64,000 nt of DNA from Verrucomicrobiota bacterium. Lineage in GTDB: Bacteria; Verrucomicrobiota; Verrucomicrobiia; Chthoniobacterales; Terrimicrobiaceae. The translations under genes and the position numbers were made by a program. The notes beneath the pieces were generated by a model that did not search any database, was not told the origin of the DNA, and saw only the letters and a list, made by a program, of their open reading frames with translations. Below are positions 52,819 to 61,317 of the stretch, piece by piece (within the stretch, counting starts at the first letter, position 1; each line of letters begins with the position of its first letter). The stretch is taken from contig JAPLTF010000098.1 in the NCBI GenBank assembly GCA_026398275.1, positions 6,174-70,173 of the forward strand. Direction: 5' to 3'.

Positions 52819-55800
52819 ATGAAAATCCGATCCCTCATCTCCATGAATAAACTCACACTCTCCGCGCTGGCGGCCCTGGCGCTCACTGCCATGCCGGCCC
52901 GCGCGGGAAACCTGTATTGGAACGGTGTCGGAGCCTCACCGGATGCTGGAGGCGGCAACGGCACCTGGAATGCCGCCCTCACGAATTGGCAAAACGCGCC
53001 AACCGGCGGATCCGCCACGGCATGGGTCAACGCAAACAACGACACCGCCTTCTTCGGCAACACGGCCGGCACGGTTTCGCTCGGCACCGGCATCACCGTC
53101 GGGGGCTTGCAGTTTGATACCGCGGGTTACGTCGTTCAGTCGAACACGCTGACCTTCGGCGTTTCCGGCAATATCGTCACAAACACGGATGCGACGATCA
53201 ACTCAGCCCTCGCCGCCACCAGCCTCCTGACGATCACCAAGACCGGCAACGGCACGCTGACGCTGGGTGGTGCAAATGGTTACGCTGGCAACACCACGGT
53301 CAGTTCAGGCACGCTCAAGGCGGGCAGCACCACGGCGCTTAGCGCCAACAGCACATTCAGCATCGCCACTGGCGCCACGCTGGACCTTGGCGGCTTCAAC
53401 AACACCATCAAGTCCCCGACCACCAACACCGGCACCATCACCAACAGCACCGGCAACGCCACGCTGACGCTCACGAATGTTTTCGGTGGCGGGACCAGTC
53501 AGTTGTTCACCGGTAGTTTGGCTCTGAAATGGAATGGGACTCAGGGCTACAGCAGCGTCCTCACCAATGCCAGCAACACCTTTTCAGGCGGAATTACCAT
53601 CGGTGGAGGCACGGGGAACACCCGTTTCCTTGTGTCAGGCACGATCGGCTCGGGCACCCCGGGAGCATTGACCAGCGGCATTTGGGGCACAGGGGCGCTC
53701 ACCCTTGGCGTCACTGCCGCTGACTATGCGCAGATCTTGTTCGCGGGTGGGACCACGATCAATAACGCCATCGTGGTGAACAGCGCGCTTGGAAACAGCG
53801 ATGCCGCCGGGACTTTCCGGGTGGACTCCACCGGCAATGTCTTCAACGGCACGCTCACCGCCAACTTGGCGAACGCAACCTTCCGCAACAACGGCGGCTT
53901 GGGCGCGGTCACGGTGAACGGCGCGATTTCCGGAGCATCGGGCCTGATGCTCTCAGCCAGCGCCGGCAGCGGCCTCACCATTACCCTCGCCAACACCGGG
54001 ACCGCAAACAGCTACGTGGGCGACACCACCATCAGCAGCGTCAAGGAAACCCTGACCCTCGGTGCGGCCAACCAGCTTCCCAACGGCACAGGCAAAGGCA
54101 ACCTCATCGTCACCGGCGGCACCTTCAACATGGGCGGCTTCAGTGAAACCATCAATGGCCTCTCCGGCACCGGCACCGTGGATGGTGTCAGCGGCACGCC
54201 GACCCTGACAGTCGGCGACAACGACGCGACTGGCGCTTCCAACACCTTCTCGGGCAGCATCAAAAACACCGCCGGCACGCTGGCGCTGACCAAGACCGGC
54301 AGCGGCACGCTCACCCTCTCCGGAAACAACACCTACGGCGGCGCGACGACGGTCAGCGTCGGCACGCTCAAGGCCGGCAGCACCACCGGACTCAGCGCCA
54401 ACAGCTCGTTCAGCGTCGGGACTGGTGCCACGCTCGATCTCGGCGGTTTCAACAACTCCATCAAGAGCCTCTCCACCGCCACCGGCACCATCACCGACAG
54501 CTCCGGCTCCGGCCTTGGCGGCACGCTGAAAATCGCGACCGCCATGCCTGGCGGCACGAGCGCACAGCTATTCACCGGTAGCATGGGGCTCCAGATCTTC
54601 GGCGGCAACACGGTCGATACCATTCTGAGCAACACCGCCAACACCTACTCCGGCGGAACGATCCTGGGCGACGGCAGCGGCGGCGGCCCCAACACCCGCA
54701 TCTTGTTAGGTGCCGGAACGCTCGGCGCGGGCGCTCCCGGCGCGGTGACCAGCGGTATCTTCGGGACGGGGGCAATCAGCATCGGTGCCGCTGCCGGGGA
54801 CAAGTCGCAGCTTTATTTCCAGCTTGCGATCACCATCAATAACGCCATCGTGGTGAACACCGAGGCCGGAACGGACCAGCCCGGGGCTTTCCGGGTCGAA
54901 AACAATGGCAGCATCCTCGCTGGTGCGCTCAACGCCAACCTGGCGGACGCAAGGTTCCACTCATTCGGTAGCGGCACGATCAGCGTGACCGGTGCGATCT
55001 CCGGTAATTCGGGTCTGGCGCTTAGTACAACGTTCGGCACTCTTGGCGTCACCCTGAACAACGCGGGGATCGCCAACAGCTATGCGGGCAACACGACCAT
55101 TGGCACGGCAAACTCCTCCTTAACGCTTGGCCGAGCTGACCAGATTTCCAACGGCGTCGGCAAGGGCAATTTGATCATCACCGGAGGCACCTTCAACATG
55201 GGCGGCTTCAGTGAAACCATCAACGGCCTCTCTGGCAACGGCACTGTGGACGGGATCAGCGGCACACCGACCCTGACCGTCGGCGACAACAATGCGACGA
55301 GCACCTTCTCCGGCGTGATCAAGAACACCGCCGGCGCTCTGGCTTTGACCAAGACCGGCAACGGAACCCTCACGCTCTCCAACACGAACACCTACTCCGG
55401 TGCCACCTTGGTCAGCACCGGCACACTGCTCGTCAACGGAAGCACATCCGCCAGCAGCGCGGTCAATGTCTCTTCGGGAGCCAGACTCGGTGGTAACGGA
55501 ACGGTCGGAGGGTCGCTGACTGTAGCATCCGGAGCGACACTGGCTCCCGGCAACAGCCCCGGCATCCTGAGCAGCGGCAATCTCAGCCTCTCCGGTATCC
55601 TTTCGATGGAAATCAACGGAGTCACAGTCGGAACGCAGTATGACCAGGTCAACGTGACCGGAACGGTGAGTCTGGTCAGCGGCAATACCCTGACGCTTTC
55701 GCTGGGCTACACGCCCACGAACGGAACCAACTTCTTCCTCATTAACAATGATTTTTCGGATGCCATTGTCGGCACCTTGAACGGATTCGCTCAAAACGCA

Positions 55801-55980
55801 ACGTTCACCCTGGCCAGCCAGTTGTGGAAGATCAGCTACACCGGTGATTCTGGAACAAACAGCTTTTCCGGAAGCGGCAACGACCTCGTGATCCAAGCCA
55901 TCCCCGAGCCCGCCACCTGGGCACTCTTGGCCTTCAGCCTCACGACCGTTATGGTCCTCCGTCGCCGCCGGCAGTCGTAG
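52819..55980 (+). CDS. autotransporter-associated beta-strand-repeat surface protein with PEP-CTERM anchor (1053 aa)
   Basis: Signal peptide ...ALALTAMPARA. The sequence NLYWNG..GGGNGTWN..TNWQN is followed by many copies of the pattern LTKTGxGTLTLSGxNTYxGxTTVxxGTL. The C-terminus IPEPATWALLAFSLTTVMVLRRRRQS is a PEP-CTERM anchor. Confidence 0.9.
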   Translation: MKIRSLISMNKLTLSALAALALTAMPARAGNLYWNGVGASPDAGGGNGTWNAALTNWQNAPTGGSATAWVNANNDTAFFGNTAGTVSLGTGITVGGLQFDTAGYVVQSNTLTFGVSGNIVTNTDATINSALAATSLLTITKTGNGTLTLGGANGYAGNTTVSSGTLKAGSTTALSANSTFSIATGATLDLGGFNNTIKSPTTNTGTITNSTGNATLTLTNVFGGGTSQLFTGSLALKWNGTQGYSSVLTNASNTFSGGITIGGGTGNTRFLVSGTIGSGTPGALTSGIWGTGALTLGVTAADYAQILFAGGTTINNAIVVNSALGNSDAAGTFRVDSTGNVFNGTLTANLANATFRNNGGLGAVTVNGAISGASGLMLSASAGSGLTITLANTGTANSYVGDTTISSVKETLTLGAANQLPNGTGKGNLIVTGGTFNMGGFSETINGLSGTGTVDGVSGTPTLTVGDNDATGASNTFSGSIKNTAGTLALTKTGSGTLTLSGNNTYGGATTVSVGTLKAGSTTGLSANSSFSVGTGATLDLGGFNNSIKSLSTATGTITDSSGSGLGGTLKIATAMPGGTSAQLFTGSMGLQIFGGNTVDTILSNTANTYSGGTILGDGSGGGPNTRILLGAGTLGAGAPGAVTSGIFGTGAISIGAAAGDKSQLYFQLAITINNAIVVNTEAGTDQPGAFRVENNGSILAGALNANLADARFHSFGSGTISVTGAISGNSGLALSTTFGTLGVTLNNAGIANSYAGNTTIGTANSSLTLGRADQISNGVGKGNLIITGGTFNMGGFSETINGLSGNGTVDGISGTPTLTVGDNNATSTFSGVIKNTAGALALTKTGNGTLTLSNTNTYSGATLVSTGTLLVNGSTSASSAVNVSSGARLGGNGTVGGSLTVASGATLAPGNSPGILSSGNLSLSGILSMEINGVTVGTQYDQVNVTGTVSLVSGNTLTLSLGYTPTNGTNFFLINNDFSDAIVGTLNGFAQNATFTLASQLWKISYTGDSGTNSFSGSGNDLVIQAIPEPATWALLAFSLTTVMVLRRRRQS
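53224..55440 (+). repeat. intragenic tandem duplication, unit about 1,057 bp, roughly 2.1 copies
   Basis: Unit starts were read at 53224, 54281 and 55339 (ctg..g..accaagaccggc.gcgg.ac.ctc). Landmark strings recur: acgctcaagg.gggcagcaccac at 53311/54364, and accttcaacatgggcggcttcagtgaaaccatcaa at 54121/55189. The copies are diverged, with small indels. Confidence 0.8.
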
Positions 55981-56011
55981 CCCTTCATACTTCAGCCTTC
56001 CTACTTCAAAC

Positions 56012-56028
56012 TTTTTTTTGGGGGGGGG
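56012..56028. repeat. abutting homopolymers T8 G9
   Basis: Read directly: c-tttttttt-ggggggggg-t. It lies 32 bp after the adhesin stop codon, in the 420-bp gap before the pilin-like gene. Confidence 0.7.
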
Positions 56029-56269
56029 TGAACTGGCGGTCGTTTTCATGCCACCAGTTCGAAAAACGCTCCGCCGGCAACTGGGGTTCCGGCGGGGCAT
56101 TTTCCTCAGACATCCTGCCGCGGAAGAAAGTGAGGTGAGCCGAGAATTCTTCGGAGGTGCGACATTCCTGTCGCACGCTGCATGGTGTACAGAAATGTCC
56201 ACCCTGCGGGAAGCGGTTCTCCGCTCGAGAGTTTTGGGGTAGAAAAGAAATCAAAACAACCTCTTGATT

Positions 56270-56297
56270 TTGACAAATTGTTTATATTAACTATATC
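56270..56297 (+). promoter_or_regulatory. candidate promoter TTGACA-N16-TATATC containing element GTTTATATTAAC
   Basis: The -35 is 56270-56275, the AT-rich element is 56280-56291 and the -10 is 56292-56297. It lies about 110 bp upstream of the pilin-like ATG (56406). Confidence 0.4.
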
Positions 56298-56405
56298 CAG
56301 TAGCTTTCGCGCTTGAAGTCCCTGCCCCGGAATCATGAATCTCCACTTTACACCCCAGAGGTCTTGCGAGTATCGCCGTAGCGTGGAAGTCAGAACCTTG
56401 TGACC

Positions 56406-57173
56406 ATGCGCCAAATCCTTCCAAGCCGAACAGCGCCAGGGGCATCGGAAAAACCACCTTTCCCGCAGCTGCTGAGACCCGTTCGAATCGGCTTTACCCT
56501 GGTCGAACTCCTGGTCGTCATTGCGATCATTGCGCTGCTTGTGGCCCTGCTTTTCCCCTGGTTGGAAAATGCCACCGATGCAGCTCAATCCTCCAAGTGC
56601 GTTTCAAACCTCAGACAGCTCGGCGTGGCAACGCAGCTGTTGGTCAACGAGAACGGATACTACCCTCCCTTCGTAAGCCAAACGACCAAGAGCAACGGCT
56701 CCATCCTGAATAACGGGAACAACTTTTACGGAGTTATCGAAGCCTCACCGGCCAACAAGGGAATAACAATATGTCCATCGGCGACATACCACGGCTATAT
56801 TAACAGCCGTCCCCAGGAGGGTTATAGTGGGAATCCCAATGTGTTGATCTCCTACAAGGCGGACGAGACGAATCCCTCAGGCGCGTCGACACTTGTTACG
56901 CCCGCGATGATCGCGAGGCCCTCGGAAGTTATTCTTCTCACTGACGGGTTTCAAAACCCTGCAAACGGCCTGGCGTTTGAATGGTTTACCTTGCTGGCAT
57001 CCCCAACTGCCGATCCGGCGTCTGCCACCAATCCGCTGACGAATTTAAATCCCAATTTTCGAGTGGTGTTTCGCCACAAAGGCCGGGCAAATATCCTGTT
57101 CTGCGACGGCCATGTCATTTCCATCGGATCAATCAGCGAGCTTCAGCAAAAAAACCTGTATCGGAATTACTAA
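56406..57173 (+). CDS. prepilin-type N-terminal cleavage/methylation domain protein with H-X9-DG C-terminal motif (DUF1559-like pseudopilin)
   Basis: [25 protein letters not shown] is a class III signal (G|FTLxE). The C-terminus [19 protein letters not shown] is the H-X9-DG motif. Confidence 0.9.
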   Translation: MRQILPSRTAPGASEKPPFPQLLRPVRIGFTLVELLVVIAIIALLVALLFPWLENATDAAQSSKCVSNLRQLGVATQLLVNENGYYPPFVSQTTKSNGSILNNGNNFYGVIEASPANKGITICPSATYHGYINSRPQEGYSGNPNVLISYKADETNPSGASTLVTPAMIARPSEVILLTDGFQNPANGLAFEWFTLLASPTADPASATNPLTNLNPNFRVVFRHKGRANILFCDGHVISIGSISELQQKNLYRNY

Positions 57174-57294
57174 CGAATAGTGCATGCCAAACTTATTGAA
57201 CTCTTCGCAACACAACATCCGTTGCCTCCCGATCCGCACTGCGAAAACGATATCCGGACTGGCTTTCTTTATTTTGTTTAACGGGAGGATTTGA

Positions 57295-58638
57295 ATGATG
57301 AAAAGCGATCAAAGCATGAAGTGGTGGGTCGATGGGAAGTTCGGGTTGTTTATCCACTGGGGCCCCTCGAGCGTGGGGGGTGTGGAAATCGGCTGGGGCC
57401 GGATGAGCCATCCTCATGATCACCCCGGGCATCCCCAGGTTTCCGACGCGGAGTATGATGCCTACTATCATCGCTTCGACCCCGTGGATTTTGACGCCGA
57501 CTTTATCGTGCGCACCGCGAAGCAGGCCGGGATGAAGTATATTGTTTTTACGACCAAGCACCACGACGGCTTTTCCAACTGGCACACGCAATTTTCGGAT
57601 TACAGTATCGCCCACACGCCGTTCAAGCGGGATATCTGCCGCGAGCTGGCCGACGCCGTGCATCGGCACGGTCTGAAGTTGGGCTGGTATTACTCGACGC
57701 GCGACTGGTTTCACCCGGATTACCTGGTGGGGGACAACAGCAAATACAACGATTTCTACCACGGTCAGATTCGTGAGCTTCTCACGCAATATGGCGAAGT
57801 GTCGCTGCTGTGGTTCGACCATGTGGCCGGCACATGGGCGGATTACCGATTTCGCGAGCTCTTTGAAATGATTCACGAGCTCCAGCCCGGGATTCTTGTG
57901 AACAACCGCGCCGCCCGTTTCGTTTTCGGGCACAAAGCAGGACAGCCCGACCCGGAAATTGCCGAGCTGACGAAAGGTGACTTCGACACCCCGGAAGGAA
58001 GGATCGGGGTGTTCCAGGCAGACTATCCCTGGGAAAGCTGCATCCACATGTCCGTGCATGCGGAACCGGGGGGCTGGTCGTATCGTCCCGACGCTGTCAC
58101 CAGCAGTTTTTCCGAATGCGTAAAAATGCTCGCCGCGTGCGTGACGGGATGCGGCAATCTTCTGCTGAATATCGGCCCGATGGCAAACGGCCGGCTTCGT
58201 CCGGAAGAACTGGAAAATCTGCAGCTGTTTGCGCCATGGATCGAGACCTACGGAGAGAGCCTCTACAACACGAAGGGCGGCCCCTACATCAATGGAGAAT
58301 GGGGCGGCGCGACGATGTGCGGGGATGATCTCTATCTTCATGTTTTTCAATGGACCGAAGGCCACTTGAAGCTTCCGCCGCTTCCTCGAACCGTAATGAG
58401 TTGCACGGAACTGGGAGGCGAAAATGTGACATGCGAGCAGCTTCAGAGGGATCTGGTTCTGACCCTCAACAGCGCAAAGAAGAGCGGCGTTCATTCGGTC
58501 GTGAAACTTCAGCTTGAACCCGGTTCTCCGGTTCCCTTCATCGCCGTGGACGGCAGCCTGGCGGAGGAACTGGGCCGTGCGCAGTATGCCGCATTGGAGA
58601 ACCCCATGGAACTCCCGGGCGACCAATCGCGCGACTAA
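57295..58638 (+). CDS. alpha-L-fucosidase, GH29, no signal peptide
   Basis: GH29 motifs: KFGLFIHWGPSSVGGVEIGWG, KYIVFTTKHHDGFSNWHTQFSDYSIAHTPFKRDI, GWYYSTRDWFHPDY, SLLWFDHVAG. Confidence 0.9.
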   Translation: MMKSDQSMKWWVDGKFGLFIHWGPSSVGGVEIGWGRMSHPHDHPGHPQVSDAEYDAYYHRFDPVDFDADFIVRTAKQAGMKYIVFTTKHHDGFSNWHTQFSDYSIAHTPFKRDICRELADAVHRHGLKLGWYYSTRDWFHPDYLVGDNSKYNDFYHGQIRELLTQYGEVSLLWFDHVAGTWADYRFRELFEMIHELQPGILVNNRAARFVFGHKAGQPDPEIAELTKGDFDTPEGRIGVFQADYPWESCIHMSVHAEPGGWSYRPDAVTSSFSECVKMLAACVTGCGNLLLNIGPMANGRLRPEELENLQLFAPWIETYGESLYNTKGGPYINGEWGGATMCGDDLYLHVFQWTEGHLKLPPLPRTVMSCTELGGENVTCEQLQRDLVLTLNSAKKSGVHSVVKLQLEPGSPVPFIAVDGSLAEELGRAQYAALENPMELPGDQSRD

Positions 58639-58652
58639 GCAGGGTTTTAAAA

Positions 58653-61115
58653 ATGCGCAAACAGCATTCTCCCCGCACTATCTGTTGTTGTCTGGTCGCA
58701 TCCGCTGGCCTTTCGTTTCTCTCATCCGCTTCCGCGGAAAACGGGCAAAGCGCGACACCTCCCCCCAGACCCGTGCGGGTCCTTGTGCGGGATGATTTTG
58801 AACAGGGAATCGTTAAGACGGAAACGCACAACGCAGTCGGCGATAAAACCGGGTATTTTCTGAATGGCCCTGCCCCCCGATTGAGGGCGCATGTGGCTGG
58901 AGTCGATCCGGCGAACCGTTCCGGAATCTTTCTCGAAACCGGGAGCGCCGCGTCCGGGGAAAACTCGATCCGGCTTCAGAAAGCAACGGGCATGAATTTG
59001 GGGCATCTGCCGACGCTTTCCTGGTGGCTCTACAATGAGGATATTATCCGGAGCGGAACCCTTAACATTGGCTTTGATGTGAAGATTCCAACCGCAAACG
59101 GAAATGACCTAATGCTTCTTGCGCGCCGTTTCGAAGGTCCGACGCCCTATCACACCACGAAGAAAGAAGCCATTTCCTTGCAATTGACCACAAACCGGGT
59201 GTCCTTTTTCAACCAGTCGCTGGCGGTTTCTTTGGCAAACTGGACCCGCATCGAGTTGTCAATTCCTGTCGGGGTTGCCAGCGGCCGGGCTTCCCTGAAG
59301 GTGAAAAATGCCGAGATCGGGGAGCGCGTGCTGGAGGCGTCTGCGGATGGGACGGAACCCGGGATCGACTGGATCGGTATTCTTATGCCGGGATCAAAGG
59401 ATGCCGAGCTGTTTCTTGATAACATCGAGATCGTTGTGACTGACGAAAAACCACTTGCCAAAATGGCCGCGAAGAAGGTCGAACCGGATCCAGCCTATTG
59501 GGCGGCCGCTCCGGCCGCGTTGCTGGACGTCTTTCCACCGTCCACTGTCCACCTCCCGGGAAAAGAGGGCAAGACGGTCCGGACATCCGGCTACTATCCG
59601 AGCGGCAGCACATGGCAGAAAGACCTCGATGAACGGTGGGTGTTTCACCGCGAACTCAAGCACGTTCAGGATAAAAACAACTCCTTCGCTTTGCGGGTTG
59701 GGAGAGGCGGACAGATCTATTCCCTGCGCGGTCCGTTTGGCGAAAGTCTCCCGCCCTCCTGGCGCCCCGACGGTCCTTCCTCTCCGTGGAATGACGAAGT
59801 GTGGCAGTTTGTTGCGATCTGCGAAAAATACAACGACACACTGTTTAAGCGCGGCAAAATCTCCGACGAGGTGAAACAGCGCATTGAAAAAACCGGGTTT
59901 CCCCGCCTTCACCAATTCATTCATAACTCAGGAGCCTACATGGAGGGGGATCTCGATGGCATGGACAACCTGTATTGTCCGATGCTCGCGGCCGACGCTC
60001 CTGCTGACGGACGCACCTATCGGACCGTCAACTGGGGGCTGGTGCCCTGGAATACCCCGCACCGCTCGCCCCTTCTATATTACGTCCAAACCCGGGACGT
60101 GGGGGACGGGGTCATCGAGCTGACGTGGGTGGTGCATAATTTCAGCGTCAGGGAGGACATGGTGTTTGACTGGCTGAATGCCCCGTGGGGCGGCACCCGT
60201 CTCACCAACCTTCCGTATCATTATGTCAGCACGCCGGAGGGCCGGCTCATGGACCGCAAGGAAGTTCACGAGACGAAGGATATGTGGAATAAACCCGTCA
60301 ATGTGCGGGAAACTGGAGGATGGAATCTGAGTTGTGCGAATGAGAACCCGGACAGCCCGAGCCTGGCCCTGGTCTTCGGACGTGACCGGCATTTGGAAGA
60401 GGAGTTGAAAAAGGTCGCCAACAAGCAGCCTCATTGTCAGTTTGCCAATTCCATTTACCGCGACTCCAGCACGCTGGGCAAGGCGGAGTTTCGCGAGCAG
60501 GACTGGCGCGAATGCCCGGAAAATGCCCAGCGAAATTACGACGTGGCGGTCGTCATTCCCAAGTTCCGGTTGGCACCGGGCACAACGATCTGGTATCGCA
60601 GCTTTCTGGTGGTCAACAGCAAGGACCGGGCCATCGAGCTGGCCAAGTCTCTCGTTGACAGTGTGGACTACGGATTGCTCACATTCGACCCGGCATCAAC
60701 ACCTCTCGTTCCGGTTTTCATTCGTGATGGCCGGGTCACGGAAAACGGCGGATCCGGTTCCCCGGCGTTTGAACTCTTTGCCAGACCCGTGCCAGGCACC
60801 ATGCCGGTCTTCCTCGTCGAAAACCTCACCACCGGCCAGGAGATCATCACGACCGATATGTATGCCTTCTTCGACAAGGAGAAGCTGAATTGGGAAATTC
60901 CGCCGGAGCATCCGGATGCGGACTATTACAATAATGGCTATGCCTATCGGCTGGAAAAACATAACAGCAAATGGAAGCGCCTGCTCGGATACGGTTATGT
61001 CAAACGTCCGGATGGCGGTTCGTATCGAAAACTTTCCGATTTACTCAAGCCCGCCATGTTTCCCCCGGCAAACACGTATCATCTGGACCTCTGGGTCAAA
61101 GCCGGGAGGGAATAA
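58653..61115 (+). CDS. secreted protein of unknown function (820 aa)
   Basis: Signal peptide MRKQHSPRTICCCLVASAGLSFLSSASA. The composition is ordinary and globular. It starts 14 bp after the GH29 stop, so it is probably co-transcribed. I recognise no family motif. Confidence 0.75.
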   Translation: MRKQHSPRTICCCLVASAGLSFLSSASAENGQSATPPPRPVRVLVRDDFEQGIVKTETHNAVGDKTGYFLNGPAPRLRAHVAGVDPANRSGIFLETGSAASGENSIRLQKATGMNLGHLPTLSWWLYNEDIIRSGTLNIGFDVKIPTANGNDLMLLARRFEGPTPYHTTKKEAISLQLTTNRVSFFNQSLAVSLANWTRIELSIPVGVASGRASLKVKNAEIGERVLEASADGTEPGIDWIGILMPGSKDAELFLDNIEIVVTDEKPLAKMAAKKVEPDPAYWAAAPAALLDVFPPSTVHLPGKEGKTVRTSGYYPSGSTWQKDLDERWVFHRELKHVQDKNNSFALRVGRGGQIYSLRGPFGESLPPSWRPDGPSSPWNDEVWQFVAICEKYNDTLFKRGKISDEVKQRIEKTGFPRLHQFIHNSGAYMEGDLDGMDNLYCPMLAADAPADGRTYRTVNWGLVPWNTPHRSPLLYYVQTRDVGDGVIELTWVVHNFSVREDMVFDWLNAPWGGTRLTNLPYHYVSTPEGRLMDRKEVHETKDMWNKPVNVRETGGWNLSCANENPDSPSLALVFGRDRHLEEELKKVANKQPHCQFANSIYRDSSTLGKAEFREQDWRECPENAQRNYDVAVVIPKFRLAPGTTIWYRSFLVVNSKDRAIELAKSLVDSVDYGLLTFDPASTPLVPVFIRDGRVTENGGSGSPAFELFARPVPGTMPVFLVENLTTGQEIITTDMYAFFDKEKLNWEIPPEHPDADYYNNGYAYRLEKHNSKWKRLLGYGYVKRPDGGSYRKLSDLLKPAMFPPANTYHLDLWVKAGRE

Positions 61116-61271
61116 TCCTCTTTTTATGAAACCGGAAACGGAGAAGACACCAAACCAAAGAATCGAAGGCATGAGCACCGGCAGGGAGGATCATGGACAG
61201 CCCCGGGATACTCGCGGTGCCGCTCGCAATCCCCGGCGGACGAGGCTCCTCGCGACTTTGTTGATTGCCTC

Positions 61272-61308
61272 TTGACTCCCATTTTTATCAGCTTAGGTTA
61301 ATAATAAC
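61272..61308 (+). promoter_or_regulatory. TTGACT followed by AT-rich element GTTAATAATAAC
   Basis: TTGACT is at 61272-61277 and the element at 61297-61308, 10 bp upstream of the GTG start at 61318. The 9-mer TAATAACAT also occurs in the 51447-51573 divergent promoter region. Confidence 0.3.
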
Positions 61309-61317
61309 ATTCGCCCT

